A stretch of DNA of 64,000 bases, from assembly GCF_055900595.2 (NCBI RefSeq), contig NZ_CM148325.1; one strand, written 5' to 3'. Below the pieces are notes generated by a model. The model had not been told where the DNA came from. It did no database searches and saw only the letters and a program-made list of their open reading frames with translations. Shown here piece after piece: positions 9,248-19,001 of the stretch. The number at the start of each line of letters is the position of its first letter. Positions within the stretch are counted from its first letter, which is position 1. A program made the position numbers and the translations under genes.

Positions 9248-10509
9248 CGAATACTCCTGACAACATCGCCCGCCAGATGCCACAGGCCATGACGACGTAA
9301 ATGACGCCAGAGCAACTGGCGCAGCGGCGGAACAGGTTTATCACCTTGATCCCATAAATCACGGGAAATATCCTGCATTAACGCAGGCCACGCCCGATAC
9401 CAGCCAGGGCGTTGCAAAAGCGCCGGAACATGCTGATAACGCTGTAGAACATCCCACAACAGGCTGCGCTCTACGTTGTAATGATAAAGCGGAAACAGAT
9501 TTTGCAGCTCGCGGTGCTGGCAGGCGCTTATCAGCGTTTGTGCCGCCGCCTGCGCGCCAGTCAGCGCCATATCCATGCCGCGCACGGAAATTCCGGTATT
9601 GACGCAACTGCGTAACGTATCGCCCACCAGCAGCCAGCCGTTACCGCCATATTGCACCGGCATACTGTGCAAGCCACCTTCTGGCACCAGATGCGCACCA
9701 TACTCCAGTGATTCCGTGTTTTTGATAAGCGGGCGCACTGCCGGATGCGTTTTAAAGCGAGCCAGCAGCTCGCTTGCCGGAACACGACTTTGCGTAAGTG
9801 AAGAGAGCGGGCAAACAATCCCTAACGAGAGCGTTTGTTGATTAGTATAAAGAAATGCGCCGCCGGGTAAGTCATCACAGATTCCGCCGCTGAACAGCAA
9901 CGCTGCGCCTTCGTTATTCTCCAGATGAAAACGTTCTTCAATAGCGGATGTTTCCAGTGAAAGAACTTCTTTGATCCCCAACGCCATCACTTCGCCAGCA
10001 GGACGAGTCACTAACCCGTGACGCTCAGCCAGGACGCTGTTGGCACCTTCTGCCAGCACCACATAACGGGCGCGGAGAATATCGTCACCACAAATAACGC
10101 CGCAAACTCTGCCGTTTTCTTCATACAGTGCATCCACCGTCGCACCAGGGATGCATTCGACACCTTCTTTTTCGGCTTCGGCAACCAGCCACGGATCGAA
10201 CCGTGCACGTAATACGCTCCAGGATTCACCGCCGGGCTGTAAGCTGGAAAACGTCGTTGCGCCATCCGGCGTTAGCAGAGAAAGACTTTCGTGAGTGATG
10301 CGTCGTTCAAGAGGCGCGGTCAGGTGAAACTGAGGGAGGAGTTCCGCGAGCGCATGGGTGTATAAACGCCCGCCGGAAAGGTTTTTACTGCCGGGAATTT
10401 CAGCGCGTTCCAGTAACAGAACGGATAAACCTGCCCGCGCGCAGCGTAAAGCACAAGCGGTGCCTGCTATACCCGCACCAATAATAATAATGTCGCAGTC
10501 GTCTTCCAT
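9238..10509 (-). CDS. ygcN: FixC-like FAD-dependent oxidoreductase (ETF-quinone oxidoreductase family)
   Basis: DIIIIGAGIAG FAD-binding motif near the N-terminus; 423 aa from the internal start MEDDCDIIIIG. Confidence 0.85.
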   Translation of the reverse strand: MEDDCDIIIIGAGIAGTACALRCARAGLSVLLLERAEIPGSKNLSGGRLYTHALAELLPQFHLTAPLERRITHESLSLLTPDGATTFSSLQPGGESWSVLRARFDPWLVAEAEKEGVECIPGATVDALYEENGRVCGVICGDDILRARYVVLAEGANSVLAERHGLVTRPAGEVMALGIKEVLSLETSAIEERFHLENNEGAALLFSGGICDDLPGGAFLYTNQQTLSLGIVCPLSSLTQSRVPASELLARFKTHPAVRPLIKNTESLEYGAHLVPEGGLHSMPVQYGGNGWLLVGDTLRSCVNTGISVRGMDMALTGAQAAAQTLISACQHRELQNLFPLYHYNVERSLLWDVLQRYQHVPALLQRPGWYRAWPALMQDISRDLWDQGDKPVPPLRQLLWRHLRRHGLWHLAGDVVRSIRCL

Positions 10510-10586
10510 GTCATGCCCCAGATATCCAGAGCGCAACACCCTAACATAGCGTTACTTAAGGGAAATTGACCGCCGACACACTCTTA

Positions 10587-10952
10587 TCATTCGCCGCGAT
10601 AGATACAACCTGCGGTGCAGGTTTCTTTTACCATCACCGCACTTAACAGCGGCACAACGGGTTTAACCTGATCCCAAATCCATTTTGCTAAAACTTCGCT
10701 GGTTGGGTTTTCCAGACCTGGAATATCATTGAGATAATGGTGATCGAGGCGCTCATAAGTTGGCTTAAACGCTGCTTTCAGTTCAGCGAAATCGATAATC
10801 CAGCCCGTATGCGGATCGACTTCCCCGGTAATTTCCAGTCGCACCATAAAGGAATGCCCGTGCAGGCGACCACATTTATGTCCTTCCGGGACGTGTGGTA
10901 AGCGGTGAGCGGCTTCGAAGGTGAAATCTTTAAATAACGTGGTGGACATCAT
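10587..10952 (-). CDS. queD: 6-carboxy-5,6,7,8-tetrahydropterin synthase (queuosine biosynthesis)
   Basis: 121 aa from [33 protein letters not shown], the QueD/PTPS motif; the ORF-track start lies 28 codons upstream. Confidence 0.9.
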   Translation of the reverse strand: MMSTTLFKDFTFEAAHRLPHVPEGHKCGRLHGHSFMVRLEITGEVDPHTGWIIDFAELKAAFKPTYERLDHHYLNDIPGLENPTSEVLAKWIWDQVKPVVPLLSAVMVKETCTAGCIYRGE

Positions 10953-11267
10953 AATTTCTCTACATGACGATAAAACCGCCGTAGAGTACCGGAAAGGCTG
11001 TTTTTTCGCATTATCTAAAACGACTTTGTTGCGCAAAATCGCTGATTTATCTTAATGATTGGCTAAATTCATTTGTTTTTCATTGGGTTGGTTAATCTGT
11101 TTTGTTGTTAAAGACTATTGCTAAAACAGGTTAGTCGATTTGGTTATTAGTTATCGCTATCCCGTCTTTAATCCACACCGTTCACCCCGTTAACCTTACC
11201 TTCTCTTCTGTTTTATGGGCGCTGACAGGGCGCAGAAACAGCTTTGCTTACTGGAACATAACGACGC

Positions 11268-13073
11268 ATGACGACACAGGTCCCACCTTCCGCGTTGCTT
11301 CCGTTGAACCCGGAGCAACTGGCACGCCTTCAGGCGGCCACGACCGATTTAACTCCCACCCAGCTTGCCTGGGTTTCTGGCTATTTCTGGGGCGTGCTCA
11401 ACCAACAGCCTGCTGCGCTTACAGCGACGCCAGCGCCCGCCCCCGCCGCAGAAATGCCGGGTATAACTATTATCTCCGCTTCGCAAACCGGCAATGCGCG
11501 CCGGGTTGCTGAAACATTACGCGATGATTTATTAGCGGCAAAACTGAACGTTAAGCTGGTGAACGCGGGCGACTATAAATTCAAACAAATCGCCAGCGAA
11601 AAACTGCTCATCGTGGTGACGTCAACGCAAGGTGAAGGGGAACCGCCGGAAGAAGCCGTCGCGCTGCATAAGTTCCTGTTCTCCAAAAAAGCGCCAAAGC
11701 TGGAAAACACTGCATTTGCCGTGTTTAGCCTCGGCGATAGCTCTTATGAATTTTTCTGCCAGTCCGGGAAAGATTTTGACAGCAAGCTGGCGGAACTGGG
11801 CGGTGAACGCCTGCTCGACCGTGTCGATGCCGACGTTGAATACCAGGCTGCTGCCATCGAGTGGCGCGCCCGCGTGGTTGATGTTCTGAAGTCCCGTACG
11901 CCTGTCGCGGCACCTTCGCAATCCGTCGCTACTGGCGCGGTAAATGAAATCCACACCAGCCCGTACAGCAAAGACGCGCCGCTGGTGGCGAGCCTCTCTG
12001 TTAACCAGAAAATTACCGGGCGTAACTCTGAAAAAGACGTTCGCCATATCGAAATTGACTTAGGTGACTCGGGCCTGCGTTACCAGCCGGGTGACGCGCT
12101 GGGCGTCTGGTATCAGAACGATCCGGCACTGGTGAAAGAACTTGTCGAACTGCTGTGGCTGAAAGGCGATGAACCTGTCACCGTCGAGGGCAAAACGTTA
12201 CCTCTGAACGAGGCCCTACAGTGGCACTTCGAACTGACCGTCAACACCGCCAACATCGTTGAGAACTACGCCACGCTTACCCGCAGTGAAACGCTGCTGC
12301 CGCTGGTGGGCGATAAAGCGAAGTTACAGCATTACGCCGCGACGACGCCGATTGTCGATATGGTGCGTTTCTCTCCGGCACAGCTTGACGCTGAAGCCCT
12401 CATTAACTTGCTGCGCCCGCTGACGCCGCGCCTGTATTCCATCGCCTCCTCGCAGGCGGAAGTCGAGAACGAAGTACACGTCACCGTTGGTGTCGTTCGT
12501 TATGACATTGAAGGCCGCGCCCGTGCCGGTGGTGCCTCCAGCTTCCTTGCGGATCGTGTGGAAGAAGAGGGCGAAGTCCGCGTCTTTATCGAACATAACG
12601 ATAACTTCCGCCTGCCCGCTAACCCGGAAACGCCGGTGATTATGATTGGTCCAGGCACCGGCATCGCGCCGTTCCGCGCCTTTATGCAGCAACGTGCTGC
12701 TGACGAAGCGCCGGGCAAAAACTGGCTGTTCTTTGGCAATCCGCACTTTACGGAAGATTTCCTCTACCAGGTGGAGTGGCAGCGCTACGTCAAAGAGGGC
12801 GTGCTGACACGTATTGATCTTGCCTGGTCGCGCGATCAAAAAGAAAAAGTTTACGTACAAGACAAACTGCGCGAACAGGGCGCAGAGCTGTGGCGCTGGA
12901 TCAATGACGGTGCCCACATTTATGTCTGCGGCGACGCTAATCGCATGGCGAAAGACGTTGAACAGGCACTTCTGGAAGTGATTGCCGAATTTGGTGGCAT
13001 GGACACCGAAGCGGCGGATGAATTTTTAAGTGAGCTGCGCGTAGAGCGCCGTTATCAGCGAGATGTCTACTAA
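11268..13073 (+). CDS. cysJ: Sulfite reductase [NADPH] flavoprotein alpha subunit
   Basis: [24 protein letters not shown]... flavodoxin plus FAD/NADPH domains; cysJIH order. Confidence 0.95.
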   Translation: MTTQVPPSALLPLNPEQLARLQAATTDLTPTQLAWVSGYFWGVLNQQPAALTATPAPAPAAEMPGITIISASQTGNARRVAETLRDDLLAAKLNVKLVNAGDYKFKQIASEKLLIVVTSTQGEGEPPEEAVALHKFLFSKKAPKLENTAFAVFSLGDSSYEFFCQSGKDFDSKLAELGGERLLDRVDADVEYQAAAIEWRARVVDVLKSRTPVAAPSQSVATGAVNEIHTSPYSKDAPLVASLSVNQKITGRNSEKDVRHIEIDLGDSGLRYQPGDALGVWYQNDPALVKELVELLWLKGDEPVTVEGKTLPLNEALQWHFELTVNTANIVENYATLTRSETLLPLVGDKAKLQHYAATTPIVDMVRFSPAQLDAEALINLLRPLTPRLYSIASSQAEVENEVHVTVGVVRYDIEGRARAGGASSFLADRVEEEGEVRVFIEHNDNFRLPANPETPVIMIGPGTGIAPFRAFMQQRAADEAPGKNWLFFGNPHFTEDFLYQVEWQRYVKEGVLTRIDLAWSRDQKEKVYVQDKLREQGAELWRWINDGAHIYVCGDANRMAKDVEQALLEVIAEFGGMDTEAADEFLSELRVERRYQRDVY

Positions 13074-14785
13074 TGAACGAAAAACATCCAGGGCCTTTAG
13101 TGGTCGAAGGAAAACTGACAGACGCGGAGCGCATGAAGCTTGAGAGCAACTACCTGCGCGGGACCATTGCGGAAGATTTAAACGACGGTCTGACCGGCGG
13201 CTTTAAGGGCGACAACTTCCTGCTGATCCGTTTCCACGGTATGTATCAGCAGGATGACCGCGATATCCGCGCGGAACGTGCTGAACAGAAGCTGGAACCG
13301 CGTCATGCGATGCTGCTGCGCTGCCGTCTGCCGGGTGGGGTGATCACCACTAAACAGTGGCAGGCAATTGATAAATTCGCCGGTGAAAACACCATTTATG
13401 GCAGCATTCGCCTGACCAACCGCCAGACGTTCCAGTTCCACGGCATTCTGAAAAAGAACGTCAAACCGGTGCACCAGATGCTGCATTCGGTCGGTCTTGA
13501 TGCGCTGGCGACCGCCAACGACATGAACCGTAACGTGTTGTGCACCTCGAACCCGTACGAGTCGCAACTGCACGCAGAAGCGTATGAGTGGGCGAAGAAA
13601 ATCTCTGAACATCTGCTGCCGCGTACCCGCGCCTACGCGGAGATCTGGCTCGATCAGGAGAAAGTCGCCACCACCGATGAAGAACCGATCCTCGGTCAGA
13701 CCTACCTGCCGCGTAAATTCAAAACCACGGTAGTGATCCCACCGCAGAACGATATCGATCTGCACGCCAACGACATGAACTTTGTGGCGATCGCGGAAAA
13801 CGGCAAGCTGGTGGGCTTCAACCTGCTGGTGGGCGGTGGGCTTTCTATCGAACACGGCAACAAGAAAACCTACGCCCGCACGGCGAGCGAGTTTGGCTAT
13901 CTGCCACTGGAGCATACGCTGGCGGTGGCGGAAGCGGTCGTTACCACTCAGCGTGACTGGGGTAATCGTACTGACCGTAAAAACGCCAAAACCAAATACA
14001 CGCTGGAGCGCGTGGGTGTTGAGACGTTTAAAGCAGAAGTGGAACGTCGCGCGGGGATCAAATTTGAGCCGATCCGTCCTTATGAATTTACCGGACGCGG
14101 CGATCGTATCGGCTGGGTAAAAGGGATCGACGACAAATGGCACCTGACGCTGTTTATCGAAAATGGCCGAATTCTTGATTATCCGGGGCGTCCGCTGAAA
14201 ACCGGCCTGCTGGAGATCGCAAAGATCCACAGAGGTGATTTCCGCATTACGGCGAACCAGAATCTGATCATCGCTGGTGTACCGGAAAGCGAGAAAGCGA
14301 AGATTGAGAAGATCGCCAAAGAGAGCGGATTGATGAATGCCGTCACGCCGCAGCGCGAAAACTCAATGGCCTGCGTGTCATTCCCGACTTGCCCGTTGGC
14401 GATGGCGGAAGCGGAGCGTTTCCTGCCGTCGTTTATCGATAACATCGATAATTTAATGGCGAAACATGGTGTCAGCGATGAGCACATCGTGATGCGTGTA
14501 ACAGGCTGCCCGAACGGTTGTGGTCGCGCGATGCTGGCGGAAGTTGGCCTGGTGGGTAAAGCGCCTGGGCGCTACAACCTGCATCTTGGTGGCAACCGCA
14601 TTGGGACACGTATCCCACGGATGCATAAAGAAAACATCACCGAGCCGGAAATCCTGGCGACGCTTGATGAACTGATAGGGCGCTGGGTGAAAGAACGTGA
14701 AGCGGGTGAAGGCTTCGGCGACTTTACGGTGCGTGCGGGCATCATTCGCCCGGTGCTCGATCCGGCGCGCGATTTGTGGGATTAA
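13073..14785 (+). CDS. cysI: Sulfite reductase hemoprotein beta subunit
   Basis: 570 aa; start overlaps the cysJ stop. Confidence 0.95.
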   Translation: MNEKHPGPLVVEGKLTDAERMKLESNYLRGTIAEDLNDGLTGGFKGDNFLLIRFHGMYQQDDRDIRAERAEQKLEPRHAMLLRCRLPGGVITTKQWQAIDKFAGENTIYGSIRLTNRQTFQFHGILKKNVKPVHQMLHSVGLDALATANDMNRNVLCTSNPYESQLHAEAYEWAKKISEHLLPRTRAYAEIWLDQEKVATTDEEPILGQTYLPRKFKTTVVIPPQNDIDLHANDMNFVAIAENGKLVGFNLLVGGGLSIEHGNKKTYARTASEFGYLPLEHTLAVAEAVVTTQRDWGNRTDRKNAKTKYTLERVGVETFKAEVERRAGIKFEPIRPYEFTGRGDRIGWVKGIDDKWHLTLFIENGRILDYPGRPLKTGLLEIAKIHRGDFRITANQNLIIAGVPESEKAKIEKIAKESGLMNAVTPQRENSMACVSFPTCPLAMAEAERFLPSFIDNIDNLMAKHGVSDEHIVMRVTGCPNGCGRAMLAEVGLVGKAPGRYNLHLGGNRIGTRIPRMHKENITEPEILATLDELIGRWVKEREAGEGFGDFTVRAGIIRPVLDPARDLWD

Positions 14786-14801
14786 CCATCAGTCCAGTCT
14801 T

Positions 14802-14838
14802 GTAGGCCTGATAAGACGCGTAAGCGTCGCATCAGGCA
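14802..14838. repeat. REP element between cysI and cysH
   Basis: gtaggcctgataagacgcgtaagcgtcgcatcaggca palindromic unit. Confidence 0.5.
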
Positions 14839-14858
14839 AGGCAAACAGTGAGGAATCT

Positions 14859-15593
14859 ATGTCCAAACTCGATCTAAATGCCCTGAACGAACTGCCGAAG
14901 GTAGATCGCATTCTGGCGCTGGCGGAAACTAACGCCGAGCTTGAAAAACTGGATGCTGAAGGCCGCGTTGCCTGGGCGCTGGATAATCTGCCCGGTGAAT
15001 ATGTACTTTCTTCCAGCTTTGGCATTCAGGCGGCGGTGAGCCTGCATCTGGTGAATCAGATTCGCCCGGATATTCCGGTGATCCTCACCGATACCGGTTA
15101 TCTGTTCCCGGAAACCTACCGCTTTATTGACGAGTTAACGGACAAACTCAAGCTCAACCTGAAAGTGTACCGCGCTACCGAAAGCGCCGCCTGGCAGGAA
15201 GCACGCTACGGCAAACTGTGGGAACAGGGCGTTGAAGGCATTGAAAAGTACAACGATATCAACAAAGTCGAACCGATGAACCGGGCGCTGAAAGAACTAA
15301 ACGCGCAAACGTGGTTTGCTGGCCTGCGCCGTGAACAATCCGGCAGCCGCGCTAATTTACCGGTGCTGGCAATTCAGCGTGGCGTATTTAAGGTGCTGCC
15401 CATTATTGACTGGGATAATCGGACGATATATCAGTATCTGCAAAAACATGGCCTGAAATATCATCCATTATGGGACGAAGGATATTTATCGGTCGGTGAT
15501 ACCCATACAACCCGTAAATGGGAACCTGGTATGGCGGAAGAAGAAACGCGTTTCTTTGGCTTAAAAAGGGAATGTGGGCTGCACGAAGGGTAA
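14859..15593 (+). CDS. cysH: Phosphoadenosine phosphosulfate (PAPS) reductase
   Basis: 244 aa from [32 protein letters not shown]; the ORF-track start at 14697 overlaps cysI and the REP. Confidence 0.95.
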   Translation: MSKLDLNALNELPKVDRILALAETNAELEKLDAEGRVAWALDNLPGEYVLSSSFGIQAAVSLHLVNQIRPDIPVILTDTGYLFPETYRFIDELTDKLKLNLKVYRATESAAWQEARYGKLWEQGVEGIEKYNDINKVEPMNRALKELNAQTWFAGLRREQSGSRANLPVLAIQRGVFKVLPIIDWDNRTIYQYLQKHGLKYHPLWDEGYLSVGDTHTTRKWEPGMAEEETRFFGLKRECGLHEG

Positions 15594-15610
15594 ATATTGC
15601 CGGATAAAAT

Positions 15611-15648
15611 AAACGCCTCTGTCAGAAATGATGGGGCGTTTTTATTTT
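15611..15648 (+). terminator. Putative intrinsic terminator downstream of cysH
   Basis: aaacgcc ... ggcgttttt hairpin followed by a T-run. Confidence 0.5.
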
Positions 15649-15855
15649 GCGAGCAGCATTCCGGCATTTAAACGTGAATATAGCAAGGGAAATCAACAGT
15701 TATAGAATGGCGTCGGGTGCTTGAGGCTGTCTGGCGTTGAGCATTCGCGAGGTTCCAGATGGACAAAAGCCCCAGGCGATATTTCTATCAACCTGAGGCT
15801 CGCGTTCGAACGTAGCAATTCGGATGTTAGTCTCTTCTTTGCAGGGAGGCAAGAC

Positions 15856-16008
15856 ATGCTGACAAAATATGCCCTTGTGGCAATCATCGTACTGTGTTGT
15901 ACAGTACTGGGATTCACGCTGATGGTAGGCGACTCGTTGTGTGAGTTGAGTATCAGAGAACGTGGTATGGAGTTTAAGGCAGTTCTCGCTTACGAATCGA
16001 AGAAGTAG
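15856..16008 (+). CDS. hokX: Hok/Gef-family type I toxin (50 aa, small membrane peptide)
   Basis: [50 protein letters not shown]: Hok-like hydrophobic helix, conserved Cys and AYES tail; AGGGAGG SD 6 nt upstream; stable 3' hairpin acgcggggg...ccccgcgt after the stop. Symbol is from recollection of a sokX/hokX locus at this position in K-12. Confidence 0.7.
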   Translation: MLTKYALVAIIVLCCTVLGFTLMVGDSLCELSIRERGMEFKAVLAYESKK

Positions 16009-16246
16009 CCACCACGCGGGGGTAAAACCCCGCGTATTGAATTGTGATGGTTTGGTCTCCTGCACCCTTTTTTTCATTTATATTGTTTTTGTGAATATTA
16101 TGCCTGTGTTTATTATTTATATATATCACCAATGAAAATCATTGAATTATTTACAATGTAAATATTTTATTGAACGATATATATCACAGATAATTCTTAA
16201 TATATGCGTAAATATCCTTTAAGTTTTACTGAAGGATAAAAACATT

Positions 16247-18904
16247 GTGACTTTCTTTGATTTCTGGGGAAAAACCCGACGTGGCGAGAAAGAGGGTGGC
16301 GACGATTATCACCTTCTTTGCTGGCATTCGCTGGATGTAGCCGCGATAGGCTATTTAATGGTCAAAAACAACTGTTTCGGGCTGGCTGACTATTTTCGTC
16401 AATTAGGTTTCGCTGACACGGATCAGGCAGCACAATTTTTCGCCTGGTTGTTGTGCTGGCACGATACTGGAAAATTTGCCCGCTCATTTCAGCAACTTTA
16501 CCTGCACCCACAACTCAAGGTTCCGGAAGGCGCAAGAAAGAATTACGAAAAGATCTCTCATTCAACGCTGGGTTACTGGTTGTGGCATCATTATTTAATT
16601 GAATGTGAAGAGTTGCTTCCTTCATCTTCACTCTCTTTGCGCAAACTTAAACGGGTAATAGATATGTGGATGCCCGTGACGACCGGGCATCATGGTCGGC
16701 CTCCTGACCGTATCGATGAACTGGACAACTTTCTGCCTGAAGACAAAGCTGCCGCACGAGATTTTCTCCTTGCAATCAAGTCACTGTTTCCGCTCATAGA
16801 GATCCCCACATTCTGGGATGATGACGAGGGCGTTGAACTTATAAAACATCTTTCCTGGTATATATCTGCAACCGTCGTACTCGCAGACTGGACGGGATCG
16901 TCAACGCGGTTTTTTCCACGCGTCGCACATGTAATGGATATTAAAGATTACTGGCAGAATGCTTTAGCTCAGGCTCAAAACGCATTAACCGTCTTTCCTC
17001 CAAAAGCAGAAACCGCACCTTTCACTGGAATTAACACGCTGTTTCCTTTTATTGAGAACCCAACACCGTTACAGCAAAAGGTGCTGGATCTGGATATCAG
17101 CCAGCCAGAACCGCAGTTGTTTATTCTGGAAGATGTGACTGGCGCAGGTAAAACAGAAGCGGCGCTTATCCTGGCGCACAGGTTGATGTCTGCGGGTAAC
17201 GCTCAGGGGCTGTTTTTTGGTTTGCCGACAATGGCAACGGCCAATGCCATGTACGATAGGCTGGTCAAAACCTGGCTTGCTTTCTATTCGCCGGAATCCC
17301 GCCCCAGCCTGGTGCTGGCACACAGCGCTCGTTCGCTAATGGATCGCTTTAACGCATCGCTGTGGTCTGGTGATTTTGTGGGGTCAGAAGAACCGGATGA
17401 ACAAGCGTTCAGTCAGGGATGTGCGGCCTGGTTTGCTGGCAGTAACAAGAAGGCGTTGCTGGCTGAAATTGGCGTCGGCACGCTGGATCAGGCGATGATG
17501 GCGGTGATGCCGTTCAAACATAATAATCTGCGGCTTCTGGGGCTGAGTAACAAAATCCTGCTAGCCGATGAGATCCACGCCTGTGACGCTTATATGTCGT
17601 GCATTCTTGAAGGGCTGATCGAGCGGCAGGCGCGTGGCGGAAACAGCGTTATTTTGCTTTCTGCTACGTTGTCTCAACAGCAGCGTGACAAACTCGTCGC
17701 CGCCTTTGCGCGTGGTGCAGAGGGCCAGCAAGAAGCTCCGTTGCTGGAAAAAGATGATTATCCCTGGCTGACGCATGTCACGAAATCCGATGTGCATTCG
17801 CACCGGGTAGCGACGCGCAAAGACGTTGAGCGCAGCGTGAGTGTGGGTTGGCTTCATAGCGAACAAGAGTGTATTGCGCGTATCGAATCGGCGGTAAGTC
17901 AGGGGAAATGCATCGCCTGGATTCGGAATTCTGTCGATGACGCCATCCAGGTTCATCGTCAGCTGCTTGCCCGCGGCGTCATTCCTGCTTCCAGCCTTTC
18001 ACTTTTTCATAGCCGCTTTGCTTTTAGCGATCGCCAGCGAATTGAAACGGAGACGCTGGCACGCTTTGGTAAAGAAGACTGTTCACAGCGTGCCGGAAAA
18101 GTCCTCATTTGTACTCAGGTCCTGGAGCAGAGCGTCGACTGCGACCTGGACGAAATGATTTCCGACCTTGCCCCTGTTGATTTACTGATCCAGCGAGCAG
18201 GGCGATTACAGCGACATATCCGCGATATTAATGGTCAGTTAAAGCGTGACGGTAAAGACGAGCGTCACCCTCCTGTATTGCTGATTCTGGCCCCCGTCTG
18301 GGACGACTCTCCGGGTGAAGAATGGTTTGCCAGTGCCATGCGTAACAGTGCATTTGTCTATCCCGATCATGGGCGAATCTGGTTGACGCAGCGTGTGCTG
18401 CGTGAACAAGGCGCGATTCAGATGCCACACTCAGCCCGGCTTCTGATTGAATCAGTCTACGGTGAGGACGTGGTAATGCCGGAAGGGTTTGCCCGCAGCG
18501 AGCAGGAGCAAGTGGGCAAATACTACTGCGATCGTTCAATGGCTAATAAGTTTGTGCTGAACTTCAGGCCCGGCTATGCCGCCAATATCAACGATTACCT
18601 TCCGGAAAAACTGTCGACACGTCTGGCTGAGGAGTCTGTTTCCTTGTGGTTGGCTACCTGTATTGACGGTGTGGTGAAGCCTTATGCCACTGGCGCTCAC
18701 GCATGGGAAATGAGCGTTGTCAGAGCGCGCCAAAGCTGGTGGAAAAAACATCGGGATGAGTTTTCTTTACTGGAAGGGGATGCGTTCAGGCAGTGGTGCG
18801 TTGAACAGCGGCAAGATCCGGAGATGGTAAATGTGATTTTAGTTACCGATGACGAAAGTTGCGGGTATTCGGCTACGGAGGGATTGATTGGCAAGGTTGG
18901 TTGA
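16247..18904 (+). CDS. cas3: Cas3 HD-nuclease/helicase, type I-E
   Basis: 885 aa, GTG start after an AAGGA SD; N-terminal HD-like motif (HLLCWHSLDVAA) then helicase-sized body; directly upstream of cse1. Confidence 0.9.
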   Translation: MTFFDFWGKTRRGEKEGGDDYHLLCWHSLDVAAIGYLMVKNNCFGLADYFRQLGFADTDQAAQFFAWLLCWHDTGKFARSFQQLYLHPQLKVPEGARKNYEKISHSTLGYWLWHHYLIECEELLPSSSLSLRKLKRVIDMWMPVTTGHHGRPPDRIDELDNFLPEDKAAARDFLLAIKSLFPLIEIPTFWDDDEGVELIKHLSWYISATVVLADWTGSSTRFFPRVAHVMDIKDYWQNALAQAQNALTVFPPKAETAPFTGINTLFPFIENPTPLQQKVLDLDISQPEPQLFILEDVTGAGKTEAALILAHRLMSAGNAQGLFFGLPTMATANAMYDRLVKTWLAFYSPESRPSLVLAHSARSLMDRFNASLWSGDFVGSEEPDEQAFSQGCAAWFAGSNKKALLAEIGVGTLDQAMMAVMPFKHNNLRLLGLSNKILLADEIHACDAYMSCILEGLIERQARGGNSVILLSATLSQQQRDKLVAAFARGAEGQQEAPLLEKDDYPWLTHVTKSDVHSHRVATRKDVERSVSVGWLHSEQECIARIESAVSQGKCIAWIRNSVDDAIQVHRQLLARGVIPASSLSLFHSRFAFSDRQRIETETLARFGKEDCSQRAGKVLICTQVLEQSVDCDLDEMISDLAPVDLLIQRAGRLQRHIRDINGQLKRDGKDERHPPVLLILAPVWDDSPGEEWFASAMRNSAFVYPDHGRIWLTQRVLREQGAIQMPHSARLLIESVYGEDVVMPEGFARSEQEQVGKYYCDRSMANKFVLNFRPGYAANINDYLPEKLSTRLAEESVSLWLATCIDGVVKPYATGAHAWEMSVVRARQSWWKKHRDEFSLLEGDAFRQWCVEQRQDPEMVNVILVTDDESCGYSATEGLIGKVG

Positions 18905-19001
18905 GATGCCTGCGACAGGATTCTCTGAATAGTTGATACACAAAAAAGGATGGAAGGATGGATAACCGACCTGGGATGGTCTTTTTTACGAGAGGATGCG
19001 T

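Noticed and set aside
10953-11267. Possible preQ1 riboswitch upstream of queD, or other structured leader
   Set aside because: No conserved preQ1 aptamer features were evident by eye; the region more plausibly holds the divergent queD and cysJIH promoters. A covariance-model scan would be needed to exclude it formally.
13178-14230. 350-aa minus-strand ORF
   Set aside because: Lies entirely antisense within cysI; Arg/Gln/Val-rich low-complexity translation typical of an antisense frame in a GC-rich gene, no start context.
15721-16008. 95-aa in-frame upstream extension of the Hok ORF (possible mok-like frame)
   Set aside because: The upstream 45 codons have no SD and no Hok-family similarity, while the internal ATG at 15856 has AGGGAGG at ideal spacing. 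A true mok frame would be out of frame with hok, so this is not mok either.
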